60,145 nucleotides of DNA from a virus. Taxonomy: Duplodnaviria; Caudoviricetes. Location: IMG/VR virus record IMGVR_UViG_3300023293_000013, positions 1 to 60,145 of that record. One strand, 5' to 3'. Below, piece after piece: positions 45,887 through 56,238 of this stretch (within the stretch, counting starts at the first letter, position 1; every line of letters begins with the position of its first letter). The notes under the pieces are model-generated. The model did not search any database and was not told where the DNA came from. It saw nothing but the letters and a program-made list of their open reading frames with translations. Position numbers and translations under genes: made by a program.

Positions 45887-47356
45887 ATGCCAATTTCAAG
45901 ATCACAGATGAATAGACAATTACGTATGGGTGGAGGTATTATGAATATTCAACCTAGACAACAATACGGATTAGGAAGTATTGTTAAATCTATTGGTAAA
46001 GGTGTGAAGAAAGCTGTATCAGGTGTTAAAGACTTTGCTAAATCAGATTTAGGTAAAGCAGCAATAATGGCTGGAATAGGTTTTGGTATACCAGGAACTA
46101 GTATGGGTGGTTTATTTGGTAGAGCTAGTTTTGGTGGAGCAGCTACAGGTATGTTTGGACAAGCAGGAATTGGTGCAACATTTGGTGCTGCAAAAACTGC
46201 ATTAGGAACAAAACTTGCTTCAATAGGGCAAGCACAAAAATTAAAAGGTTTAGGAGTTGGAAATCCTACAACAGGAGGTAGCTTAGGAAAAACTTTAGGT
46301 GTATTTGCAGGTGGTTCAGCACTAGGAGCTTTAATGGGTGCAGCTGAAGAAGGTGACCAAGAAGCAATTGCAGCAACAAGAGATGTTGGAGCATTAAAAG
46401 GATACTTAGCATCATACTATTCAAATTTAGGTTATAGCGCAGATCAAATAGCAACTAATGTTGAAAGAGACACTGCTGAATATACATCAGGTAGTGGTGG
46501 TTATGCTGTTGGGGGTAGAGTAGGTTATGGTTTAGGTGATTTAGTTAAAACATCTTCAATGTTTCAACCTGTATCAGCTTCAATGAGTTCAGGAGATGCA
46601 CCATCTATGCCAAGTAGTGGTATGGGAGGAATGCTTTCTAAATTAATTAATAATAATCCACAACTTTTTAAAAATGTTAGTAGTAAAAAATCTAATAATT
46701 TCATAGATGAAAATTTTAATGGTATAGATGACAGGCAAGAAGTAGCATATGGTGGACGAATAGGTTTAAAAGATGGAACAGATTTTGAAAATTATTTAAA
46801 AGGTAGAAAACAATTTGAAAAAGAACAAGGTAAAGAACAGCTTTACAGAGAATACAAAGAAGATATGCGTAGACAAAAAATAGCTGAACAAAGAAGTATG
46901 GTAGCATATGGTGGAAGAATGAAACTTGCAGAATCTTTAGATCCAAAAATAAGAGAGATAGTAATAGACCTTATGGATAATGAAGGTTTTGAATTTGGTG
47001 AAGCGGTTAAAGAAGCTTATAGAAGAGTTGAGTCAACTGAAAATAAAGCTAATGGTGGAAGAATGGGCTATGCTATGGGAAGCGATGATTTAGTGGATCA
47101 GGCTTCAGGGATCATGAATTTACCAAAAAGAGTTAATAATGCTGGTGTTAAAGAATTAGATTTACGAGATAGTGGTGGATTTATTCCTCCAGTTGGTGTA
47201 AAAGAAAAGGCAGATGACATTCCTGCAATGTTATCAAATAACGAATTTGTATTCACAGCAGATTCTGTTAGAGAATTTGGTGATGGTGACGTTAACAAAG
47301 GTGCACAACGTATGTACGATATGATGAAAAAATTAGAAAAAGGCGGTAGAGTATAA
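45887..47356 (+). CDS. Putative internal virion/ejection protein
   Basis: Gly/Ala-rich hydrophobic segments, repeated AxGGR motifs, DDIPAMLS.NEFVF. Confidence 0.6.
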   Translation: MPISRSQMNRQLRMGGGIMNIQPRQQYGLGSIVKSIGKGVKKAVSGVKDFAKSDLGKAAIMAGIGFGIPGTSMGGLFGRASFGGAATGMFGQAGIGATFGAAKTALGTKLASIGQAQKLKGLGVGNPTTGGSLGKTLGVFAGGSALGALMGAAEEGDQEAIAATRDVGALKGYLASYYSNLGYSADQIATNVERDTAEYTSGSGGYAVGGRVGYGLGDLVKTSSMFQPVSASMSSGDAPSMPSSGMGGMLSKLINNNPQLFKNVSSKKSNNFIDENFNGIDDRQEVAYGGRIGLKDGTDFENYLKGRKQFEKEQGKEQLYREYKEDMRRQKIAEQRSMVAYGGRMKLAESLDPKIREIVIDLMDNEGFEFGEAVKEAYRRVESTENKANGGRMGYAMGSDDLVDQASGIMNLPKRVNNAGVKELDLRDSGGFIPPVGVKEKADDIPAMLSNNEFVFTADSVREFGDGDVNKGAQRMYDMMKKLEKGGRV

Positions 47357-48183
47357 TGGCAGAAGTACAAACAGTAAGACAAGCTCCAGCAGAATTTATA
47401 GAAGCAGCAGCTAAACCTTATTTACAAGAATTAACATCAGCAGTAGGTGGTTATAAAGGTGCTGATCTTTCAAAAGTTTACGGTTCACAATTTGTAGCAG
47501 GACAAGATCCCCTACAACAAAGAGCTCAATTATTAGCAACTCAAGGTATTGGTGGATACCAACCTTATCTAACCGCAGCAGAAGCTGCAACCGGTCCTAC
47601 AGGTTATCAGTCTTACATGTCTCCGTATCAACAGGATGTTATAGATGCAACTTTAGGAGAATATGATATTCAAGCACAAAGAGGTTTAGGTTCAATTGCA
47701 GATCAAGCAATTGCATCCGGTGCATTTGGTGGAGGACGTGAAGGTGTTCAAAGAGCAGAATATATGTCAAATTCAGATAGAAACAGAGCAGCTTTGCAAT
47801 CTGGATTATTACAACAAGGTTTTAGTCAAGCTAATCAATTAGCACAACAAGATTATATGAATCAATTAAATTTAGGTACATCACAACAAGCATTCTTAGG
47901 TCAAGATGTTGGAGCTTTATCTACACTTGGAACAGGTCTTCAAGGACAAAGACAAGCAGAATTAAGTGCACAACAACAATTAGCTCAACAGCAATTAAAT
48001 CAACCATTGCAAGCGGCACAAACTTTAGGTTCAGGAGTTATGGGACTAATAAATGGATACCCTCAAACAACTCAAACAACAACTAGTCCATCTCCAACTG
48101 CTTTAAACACTGCATTGGGTGCGGGTACAACATTAGCTGGAATATACAGAGCGTTTAATCCGGCTCCATTATTTGGAAAATAA
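47356..48183 (+). CDS. Putative DNA ejection/pilot protein
   Basis: Gln/Gly-rich; YMSPYQQDVID, GAFGGGREG. Confidence 0.6.
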   Translation: MAEVQTVRQAPAEFIEAAAKPYLQELTSAVGGYKGADLSKVYGSQFVAGQDPLQQRAQLLATQGIGGYQPYLTAAEAATGPTGYQSYMSPYQQDVIDATLGEYDIQAQRGLGSIADQAIASGAFGGGREGVQRAEYMSNSDRNRAALQSGLLQQGFSQANQLAQQDYMNQLNLGTSQQAFLGQDVGALSTLGTGLQGQRQAELSAQQQLAQQQLNQPLQAAQTLGSGVMGLINGYPQTTQTTTSPSPTALNTALGAGTTLAGIYRAFNPAPLFGK

Positions 48184-48184
48184 T

Positions 48185-49165
48185 ATGAGTAGAATATTTA
48201 GAAGACCTATGTTTAGAAAAGGTGGTAATGTTGGAGAAGGCATTATGACTGGTATCGTTGATAGAGAAATGCATGCTGTATCAGATCCCAATGGAGTAGG
48301 TGCACAAAATGCTCCTGTAGATTTTGAACAACAATATATTGATAAAATAACTGCTGCCGGTGCTGGTAGTCAAGGTATGGATCCATTAACTGCTTATTTA
48401 TTAGCTGCTGGTCCAGCAATTTCTAGTGGTACATCTTTTTCTGATGCTGTTGGAAAATTAGCAGATCCTAATAAACAATTAATAGAGTTAATGAATAAAA
48501 GAGCTTCAGATGAGAGAAACCTAAAAGTAGGTGCAGCACAATTTGGTTTAGAAAAAGGTTTTGAGAAAAGTCAAACTGAATCGGATAGAGCATTTAAAGA
48601 AAGAATGCTAGACAAAGAATTAGATTTTAAAAAACAAGATTTAGATAATATTGATAGAGATATTGAAAATATTTCAAAAGATCAAGTAAGCAAAGGTGAG
48701 TATTCTAATTTACAAGAAGCAAGAAGAGTTAATACTTGGAAATTTAAAACAATTGATTCTCCAGAACTTTCAGGTAAAAAAATTGGTGGTTTGTTAAAAG
48801 AGTCAGATCTTAAAAATGAATCTAAATTTGCTAAAACTTTGATAAACAAAAACAAAGAAGGTTACGTTTTTTATGATAGATTTAATGATAGAATTTTAGA
48901 AGTAGGAAGAATAGATGGAGAACCTGCATTAATAGAAATACAAATGGGAGGAGCTTCACCAGTTGTAACAAAAGTTCCAATAGTTCCTACAGTTCCGGTT
49001 AAAGAAAAAACTAATTATGAATTATTAACTGGAAAAGAACCAGTAGCTACTTCTTACGAAGATATGATTAAAGAAACCGAAGAAAATACTCAAAAAATAA
49101 AAGATGTTTTAACCACTCCAGTGGATATGTCTAAAATAGATACTACGAATATTAGAAAAAGATAG
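48185..49165 (+). CDS. Putative internal virion protein
   Basis: Start corrected to MSRIFRRPMFRKGG. Confidence 0.6.
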   Translation: MSRIFRRPMFRKGGNVGEGIMTGIVDREMHAVSDPNGVGAQNAPVDFEQQYIDKITAAGAGSQGMDPLTAYLLAAGPAISSGTSFSDAVGKLADPNKQLIELMNKRASDERNLKVGAAQFGLEKGFEKSQTESDRAFKERMLDKELDFKKQDLDNIDRDIENISKDQVSKGEYSNLQEARRVNTWKFKTIDSPELSGKKIGGLLKESDLKNESKFAKTLINKNKEGYVFYDRFNDRILEVGRIDGEPALIEIQMGGASPVVTKVPIVPTVPVKEKTNYELLTGKEPVATSYEDMIKETEENTQKIKDVLTTPVDMSKIDTTNIRKR

Positions 49166-49173
49166 GAGGCTAA

Positions 49174-52100
49174 ATGGCTGTAGATAATCTACCTTTAAAC
49201 TCAGCAGAACAAGACAACGAAACTAGCTGGTATAAAGCTTTTGGTGCAGGTTTAGTATCAGGTGCAATTAAAATACCAGAAGGTATAGTATCATTAGGTG
49301 CAGAGCTTATTGATCTTGGAGCAGATTCAGATCTTGCTGCAGATGTTGAAGAATTTTTTGACAACATAAATCCTTTTGAAGAAGTTGCAGAAGAAAGAAC
49401 AATCGGTAAGTTAACAGAAGCTATAATTCAAATAGGTGTACCTGGTGGCATAGGTTTTAAAGCAGCCAGTAATGCAGCTAGAAAATTAAGTACAAAAGCA
49501 TTAAAAGCAAAACGTACTAAAGCTTATGCAGAGTTTGGTAAAGGAGATAAATTTTATAAAACCAAAAAAGTAGGAGACATTTCTAAAAAATATAATCCAA
49601 ATGAATTAAGAACTTCTCTTCAAGAAGTTAATAAATTAAATAAAAAAGCTAAGTACGGTAGATATTCAGTTGCAGTTCTTGGAGGAGCAGCGGGAGAAAC
49701 TATGGTTGTTGACAATGATGAGATAGGTACTTTTGGAGATATGTTTGATGGACCTACAATGCTGAGTAGAGAAGAAAATTTATCGGGTAGAGAAGATGCT
49801 GTAAGAAAATTAATGAATAGAATTAAATTTGGTTCTGAATCTATTCTTTTAACTCCAATTGTTTCAGGGGTAGGTAGCACTGCTAAAGCATTAGCTAAAA
49901 GAGGAAAAGATTTAGCTTATAGTAATAGTAAGTTTGATAGATGGATTAATAAATATATTAGATCTCAATTTAGTTCTACAGGAGATCAGCCAGAACAACT
50001 GTTTTTAGAAGGAATGAAAAAAGAAGGTTTTAAAGTTAGAGATTCTTTTAGAGCTAAACAAATTGTTGGTAACATAACTAAAGTAATAGATGGTATTTTT
50101 CCTGTATCACAAGAAATAGCAGATAAATCAATTAAATCAAAAAAATTAGAATTTACTAAAAAATTAAATGAAATTCTTTTAGAAGGAGATGATTTATCTA
50201 AGGGGATTGATGAGACTAAACTTAAAAAATTAATACAAGGTTTAGATCAAAAAGGAATTTCTAAAGAAGTACAAAAAACTTTATTAAATAATTTAAATGC
50301 GGGTAGATTTGAATTTAATAACCTTGTAGGAATATTAAAAAAAACATCTGGAGGAGCAAATAAAAATGCTCAAACTGAATTAAAAGAATTATTTAAAAAT
50401 AGATTAGAAGGTTACACAGGAAATACTTTTAAAATTTTTGAACATAAAAGTAATATATTTAATGGTTTTAGTAAATATAAACCTACTGATGAAGTTAAAC
50501 AATCTACTATAAAAGTATTTAGACAATCTTTGGCTAGAGAAAATAAAGATTTTGGTTTTAATATTGATAATAAAACTAATACCAAATATTATCAAGAAGC
50601 TAGAGAGATAGTTGATAATATCTTAAAACAAGCAGAAAAAATTAAGACTCCTAAACAATTACCTGACTTTAAATATATAGCTAAAACAATGGAAGGTACA
50701 AAATCAAATTTTATAGAAAAAAGTATAGGTTTATCTAAAGGTGCAAAAGGTAGTGAAGGAGAAAAGAGAGCATTAAGAGAATTATTTGGAGAAGTAAAAG
50801 ATGCTAGATTTACATTGTTTAATGGAATTACTAATTTATCATTATTAGCTAGAACTACAAATTATCTAGGAGAAATAGAAGCTAGAAATGCAGAATTACA
50901 AGCTAAAGGTCAAAGAGGATTTTTTTGGAAATCAAAAGATGAAGCTATAAAAGCCGTAGATCAAAAAAATACAAATATAGAAATAGTTTCAATGGATGAG
51001 GTGTTAGGTGAAATAGATGCTACTAAAAATCTTATAAATCCTTTATCTAAAAAATTTACTACTAGAGAAATAGCTGAAGCCATGAAAGTTGCTAACGATG
51101 TTCCAACAGCATTTCAAGCATTTATTAGAGGTGAAAAAAAAAATATGACTGGCACAGAAAAAGCAGTTAGTTTTATGTATAGAAATTTATTATTATTTCC
51201 CAAAGGTATTTCACAAATGGCTAAAACTATTTTTTCAATACCAACTCACATAAGAAATTTTATGAGTGCTGGTGCTTTTACAGCAGCCAATGGTATTATG
51301 TTTGATGGGTTAAGAAATCCAAAACTATTTAAAGAAGCTTTTCAACAAGGTATTGATGTATCTGGTTTATTAAAAGCAGGTGCAGGTTCTAAATATGCAC
51401 AAAAAGAATATCAAGATATGATAGAATTAGGTATTGCTAATTCATCTGTTCAATTAGGAGACATGTTATCTCTTTTAAAAGACTCAGCGGGTGGAATAGG
51501 TTTTTTAAATTTAGATACGTCACTAGGACGTTTTTTCAATAAATTTAAAAAAGGTGGAGAATTTTTACAGGGTAAATACATGGCTGAGGATGACACTTTT
51601 AAAATAACTAACTTTGTAGTGGAGTTAGATAGAATAATAAAAACTAGTGCCAAAAGATCAGGAATGTCTTTAGATGATTTTAAAAAAACTCTCACAGAAA
51701 CTAAAGGTAAAGATGGACTTAAAATAAGAAATGAAAAATTATGGTCATTAAAAAAAGAAGCAGCAGAAATTGTTAAAAATACAGTTCCCAATTATGCTTA
51801 TGTTGGACAAGCTGTTAAGACAGCAAGATTATTACCTATCGGTAACTTCATGTCTTTTCCTTCTGAAATAATAAGAACTACTTCTAATATCGCAAGACAA
51901 GGTATTAAAGAGATGAGCCATCAAAAAGGTGAAGGTGTAAGAAAAATTATAGGGAGTGATATGGGCCCAACAGTTACTGAATTACTGGAAGATGGAACTA
52001 CTCGAATAGTTAAAAATAATGCCATGACTAGTGGCAGCTACACTACTGGAATGAAAAGAATTGCAGGTATGGCAACCACTTTAACTGCTGTTCCAATTGC

Positions 52101-53439
52101 AGTTACTGAAGGAGCTAAAGCTTTATATGATGTAACAGAAGATGAATTAGATGCAATGAGAAGATTTGTTCCAGATTGGTCAAAAAATTCTACATTAGTT
52201 CCTGTTAGATTAGATGATGGAGAATTAAGATATATTGATTTTAGTAAAAGTAATGCTTACGATTTAATGGCAAGACCTTTTAGAACTTTAATGAATAATT
52301 TACAAGATGCAGATGTTAATGGTGATACTTTACTTGAAGGTTTTTCAAGTGGAGTTATGGAAGCAAGTGGAGAAATTATGAATCCATTTATTTCTGAATC
52401 TATTTGGACAGAAGCTATGGCTGATTTATTTATTAGAGGTGGTAGAACAAGTGAGGGAAAACAATTATATACAGATCAAACAGCTATAGGTGATAAACTA
52501 GCTATTCAATTTATGCATTTAGGAAATGCTCTTGCACCTTCTTACAAACAAGGATTAAGAATTGGTCAAGCTTCTTTTGGAATACCTGATAAAAGAGGAG
52601 AAACATTACAGATAGGTCCAGAACTTGCAGGCTTCATGGGTCTAAGACCTGTAAAAGTAGATCCTATGAGAGCAATGGAATTTAAAATAGCTCAGTATCA
52701 AGGGGGTATAAGAAATTCTAGAAGAGAATTTACAGGAGGTGTGTTTGGTTTGCTTAGAGGTGGACCTGTGGATGAAAATGATGTTATCTCAAGATACATA
52801 GCGTCAAACAAAGCTAGATTTAAAGTACAGCAAGAAATTTTTAGAGATTTAGAAGCTGCTCAAACTTTAGGGGAAACAGAATTTGATTTAAGAAGAGTAT
52901 TTAAAGAAAGACAAATTAGTTCTAAAAACTTTAATAAATTAAGTAATGGACAATTTGATTCTTATTATCCATCCGAAGATATTAGAAAAAAATTTAGAGA
53001 AATTGCAATTAATATTGATAGAGAAAATCCATTTTTAAATGCATCTCCAACTATAAATGAAATTAAAAGTGATTTTAGAAATTTAGGTTTAGATGAAAGA
53101 TTTAGAACAGGTTTGGCTCAAGGGGGATCTCCTAATGTTCCAGGACTCGCTCAAAATTCTTTAAATGAAATATTCCCTACTTTAAAATTAATTGATAATG
53201 ATATGCAAGATTTAGATTTAGAAGAAGATTTTGATTCACAAATAGATATAGCTGATTATATTGAACCAATACCAGCACCTTCACCATTACCCCAAACACC
53301 AGTACCTAGTGCTGAAATTCTTCAACAAGCCCAGGCTCAGGCTTCAGGGATGGCACCAAACGGATTGACACCAACTGAAAATGCTTTATTATCAGAGGAA
53401 GAAAAACAAATTACATTAAGAAACAGAGGATTAGCATAA
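49174..53439 (+). CDS. Large internal virion (ejection) protein
   Basis: 1421 aa at the end of the virion operon; helical. Confidence 0.6.
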   Translation: MAVDNLPLNSAEQDNETSWYKAFGAGLVSGAIKIPEGIVSLGAELIDLGADSDLAADVEEFFDNINPFEEVAEERTIGKLTEAIIQIGVPGGIGFKAASNAARKLSTKALKAKRTKAYAEFGKGDKFYKTKKVGDISKKYNPNELRTSLQEVNKLNKKAKYGRYSVAVLGGAAGETMVVDNDEIGTFGDMFDGPTMLSREENLSGREDAVRKLMNRIKFGSESILLTPIVSGVGSTAKALAKRGKDLAYSNSKFDRWINKYIRSQFSSTGDQPEQLFLEGMKKEGFKVRDSFRAKQIVGNITKVIDGIFPVSQEIADKSIKSKKLEFTKKLNEILLEGDDLSKGIDETKLKKLIQGLDQKGISKEVQKTLLNNLNAGRFEFNNLVGILKKTSGGANKNAQTELKELFKNRLEGYTGNTFKIFEHKSNIFNGFSKYKPTDEVKQSTIKVFRQSLARENKDFGFNIDNKTNTKYYQEAREIVDNILKQAEKIKTPKQLPDFKYIAKTMEGTKSNFIEKSIGLSKGAKGSEGEKRALRELFGEVKDARFTLFNGITNLSLLARTTNYLGEIEARNAELQAKGQRGFFWKSKDEAIKAVDQKNTNIEIVSMDEVLGEIDATKNLINPLSKKFTTREIAEAMKVANDVPTAFQAFIRGEKKNMTGTEKAVSFMYRNLLLFPKGISQMAKTIFSIPTHIRNFMSAGAFTAANGIMFDGLRNPKLFKEAFQQGIDVSGLLKAGAGSKYAQKEYQDMIELGIANSSVQLGDMLSLLKDSAGGIGFLNLDTSLGRFFNKFKKGGEFLQGKYMAEDDTFKITNFVVELDRIIKTSAKRSGMSLDDFKKTLTETKGKDGLKIRNEKLWSLKKEAAEIVKNTVPNYAYVGQAVKTARLLPIGNFMSFPSEIIRTTSNIARQGIKEMSHQKGEGVRKIIGSDMGPTVTELLEDGTTRIVKNNAMTSGSYTTGMKRIAGMATTLTAVPIAVTEGAKALYDVTEDELDAMRRFVPDWSKNSTLVPVRLDDGELRYIDFSKSNAYDLMARPFRTLMNNLQDADVNGDTLLEGFSSGVMEASGEIMNPFISESIWTEAMADLFIRGGRTSEGKQLYTDQTAIGDKLAIQFMHLGNALAPSYKQGLRIGQASFGIPDKRGETLQIGPELAGFMGLRPVKVDPMRAMEFKIAQYQGGIRNSRREFTGGVFGLLRGGPVDENDVISRYIASNKARFKVQQEIFRDLEAAQTLGETEFDLRRVFKERQISSKNFNKLSNGQFDSYYPSEDIRKKFREIAINIDRENPFLNASPTINEIKSDFRNLGLDERFRTGLAQGGSPNVPGLAQNSLNEIFPTLKLIDNDMQDLDLEEDFDSQIDIADYIEPIPAPSPLPQTPVPSAEILQQAQAQASGMAPNGLTPTENALLSEEEKQITLRNRGLA

Positions 53440-54353
53440 TGGCTACTTTATATGATCTAGCACAAGCTTATTTAAATAGAGGTTTACCTGATATATCTGG
53501 TATTTTTGGTGATAATACCAATAATACATTATCACCTATAGATTTTGGTGGAGAAGAACCCGTTTCTCCTCAAGGTTTAACTTCTGAACAATTAGCTTTA
53601 CTTTATCCACAAAATCAAGGTGGTGGTGGAGATGATTACAGAGGCGGCGGCGCTTTTAATAATTTAGATTTATCTAAATCAAAATCTTTTACTAAAGATA
53701 TTTATGATGAGGAGCAAGGTGATTTTGTTCCAACAGAAATGACAGCATACTACAATCCTTCTTTAGGAAATTATCAAACTTTTGATGGTAAAAATATAAA
53801 TCCAGCTTTTTCAAATACTGGAATGACTTTTGGTATTGGTGGAGGAATTATGAATATGTTAGGTATGCAACCTAAAACAGTTGGTGGATATGTTCCGGGT
53901 TCTATAAGAGGATATTATGATACTCCAATGGATTTTTTTAAAAATAAAAAAAATGAACAAGAAAGCACAATGCAACAAATTGCAGAAAATATAAAAGCAG
54001 ATGAAATAAAAATGAACAATTTACGTACAGCACAAATCACGGGTGGTGGAGGAAAAGATTCTGGCGGTGGTGGTGGTGAAGCAAGAAGTGGAGGATCTAG
54101 TAGTGGTGGAACAAGTTCAACAAATTCTAGCATGGGAAATTTAGGTTTCAGTGATATAAGATTAAAAGAAAATGTAGAGTTAATAGGTAAGTCACCATCT
54201 AATATTAATATCTATAAATTTAATTACAAAGATAACCCCACAACTTATCAAGGGGCCATGGCTCATGAAGTACCTTGGGCATCCATAAAACATTCTAATG
54301 GATATATGATGGTTGATTATGATAAATTAGATGTGAAATTTAAAAAACTATAA
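53439..54353 (+). CDS. Protein with a C-terminal peptidase S74 intramolecular chaperone domain
   Basis: FSDIRLKEN...IYKFNY...GAMAHEV...VDY after a Gly/Ser linker. Confidence 0.75.
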   Translation: MATLYDLAQAYLNRGLPDISGIFGDNTNNTLSPIDFGGEEPVSPQGLTSEQLALLYPQNQGGGGDDYRGGGAFNNLDLSKSKSFTKDIYDEEQGDFVPTEMTAYYNPSLGNYQTFDGKNINPAFSNTGMTFGIGGGIMNMLGMQPKTVGGYVPGSIRGYYDTPMDFFKNKKNEQESTMQQIAENIKADEIKMNNLRTAQITGGGGKDSGGGGGEARSGGSSSGGTSSTNSSMGNLGFSDIRLKENVELIGKSPSNINIYKFNYKDNPTTYQGAMAHEVPWASIKHSNGYMMVDYDKLDVKFKKL

Positions 54354-54547
54354 TGCCTAAAAACGTTGCTTTACAAAAAATAGAATCTCACGAAAAACTC
54401 TGTAGAATAATGCAAAAACAAACTCACGAAAAAATTAATAAATTAGAAATTCAAATAGATAGAATTGAAAAAATATTATTAACATGTGCCGGTACTTTAT
54501 TAATAGGTATGGGTGGTGTTATTACAGCTTTAGTATTAAATACGTAA
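54353..54547 (+). CDS. Small coiled-coil protein with C-terminal TM (XhlA/holin-like)
   Basis: HEKLC...IDRIE followed by a hydrophobic tail. Confidence 0.6.
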   Translation: MPKNVALQKIESHEKLCRIMQKQTHEKINKLEIQIDRIEKILLTCAGTLLIGMGGVITALVLNT

Positions 54548-54553
54548 TTTTTT

Positions 54554-54704
54554 GGGAGGTTGGCACTTAGCTGCCGGGATTGATTGTAGCGGGGGCTATA
54601 ATCTTTATATGTAGTGGCAGTTGTTGGTTTAACGGTGAATAATCCCAGGAGCAAAAGAAACCGAACCAACTCCGACATTGCTGCCAGGAACCTACCACTA
54701 TCCC
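54554..54704 (+). ncRNA. Candidate ~150-nt multi-stem, pseudoknotted RNA at the convergent junction
   Basis: Several stems plus GGGATT/AATCCC loop pairing (see findings). Confidence 0.6.
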
Positions 54705-54737
54705 TAATGATTATCTTTTGTCCTATTCTGTAATTCT

Positions 54738-56180
54738 TTAAATCCATTCTCTAAAATCTTCATCCATGATTGTATTAGCAATATTAACTTTTTGTCTTAA
54801 TGCTTTAACTATTCTTTCATCAATAGTATCTTGAGCCATAATATCAATGTAAGTCATTTTTTGTGTTTGACCAATACGATCAATACGTGCTTCTGATTGT
54901 TGACGTTTCTCAAGGTCATAACCGTTAGAAAAATAAACCATATTACTTCCCGCAGTTAAAGTAATACCATAACCACCTGTATGAGTAGTACCTACAAAAA
55001 ATCTACACTTATCATCATTTTGAAATTTTTTAATATTAGCTGATCTTGCATCAGTGTCTGTTGCACCGTAGTAATCAACAACTGATTCTTCACCATATAC
55101 TTTTTTAATAGCCTTAATTATTCTTCTAACATCATGAGTATAGTGTGACCAAATAATAGTTTTACCTTCTATGTTTTCAAGAACACTCATTAATTCAGTT
55201 AATCGACTACAAGGTAAATCTTTTATCGTACCGTCATCAGCAGTGAAATGTCCACAAGTAATTTGATGAAGTCTCATTAATTGAGTCATAACGGTTGCAG
55301 ACGATTGCATTTTACCATCTAAGAAAGCTATAGCTTCTTGTTTCATTTGATTATAAACTGATTTTTGTTCTTTAGTTAATTCAACATAATGTTTAACAAA
55401 TGTTTTTTCTGGTAGATCTAAACAATCTTCTTTTAATATTCTTTTAGAAAATGGTTTTATTTTATCTGATAGTTCACCAAGATTCATGTAGCCTGTAACA
55501 ATTTCTATTCTTCTACCATTGACTTCAATCTTTTTCATGTTGGCATATCGTGAACGAAATGTCCAAAATGAATCATGCCCCAGGAGCCAGGGATCAAGGA
55601 ACAAACATTGAGAATATAAATCTAATGGTGATTTAGTAACAGGAGAACCAGTTAAAATTCTTCTGTATTTAGCTTCATCGCTTAAAGTTAAAATATTTTT
55701 AGTTCTATTAGATGTTGGTGTTTTAATTGTAGTAGACTCATCAATTGCAATCATTGCCTTATGACATGACAGAAATTTTCTTGCAAATTCAGTTCCATCA
55801 CCTGTAGAAAAAGTTTCTACATTCATAATTAAAATATGTAAATCAGTTCCCGTTTCAAATAAAGTATTTAATATTTCTTTTTGTTTTTTTGATTTGTCAG
55901 TTGTTTTCCAAAGTACAACTTTTTTATGTATGTGATCTGGTAAATGAATTGGTATTTCATTATCATACCAGTTTTTATATACACCTTTAGGTGCTATTAA
56001 TAATAGACCATTTATTAAGCCTTTATCATATAAAACAGCAGCATTATCTAATAATACTTTAGATTTACCTGTACCCATTTCCATAAAATAGGCAAAGTTT
56101 TCTTTATCCCAAGAGGCTTCTAATGCATCTAATTGATGATCAAAAGGTTTAGTTTTGAACTTATAATTTTTTATATCCAT
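54738..56180 (-). CDS. SNF2-family SF2 helicase
   Basis: MEMGTGKS, IDES, LTGSP, GGYGITLT, QSEARIDRIGQ. Confidence 0.92.
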   Translation of the reverse strand: MDIKNYKFKTKPFDHQLDALEASWDKENFAYFMEMGTGKSKVLLDNAAVLYDKGLINGLLLIAPKGVYKNWYDNEIPIHLPDHIHKKVVLWKTTDKSKKQKEILNTLFETGTDLHILIMNVETFSTGDGTEFARKFLSCHKAMIAIDESTTIKTPTSNRTKNILTLSDEAKYRRILTGSPVTKSPLDLYSQCLFLDPWLLGHDSFWTFRSRYANMKKIEVNGRRIEIVTGYMNLGELSDKIKPFSKRILKEDCLDLPEKTFVKHYVELTKEQKSVYNQMKQEAIAFLDGKMQSSATVMTQLMRLHQITCGHFTADDGTIKDLPCSRLTELMSVLENIEGKTIIWSHYTHDVRRIIKAIKKVYGEESVVDYYGATDTDARSANIKKFQNDDKCRFFVGTTHTGGYGITLTAGSNMVYFSNGYDLEKRQQSEARIDRIGQTQKMTYIDIMAQDTIDERIVKALRQKVNIANTIMDEDFREWI

Positions 56181-56238
56181 AATATATACTTTACTTTTCT
56201 TTCTAATAACTATAATAATACTTTAAAATAAAAAGTCA

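Noticed and set aside
54451-54747. 98-aa minus-strand ORF after SNF2
   Set aside because: It overlaps a convergent gene by ~100 nt and the region is better explained by RNA structure; not fully excluded.
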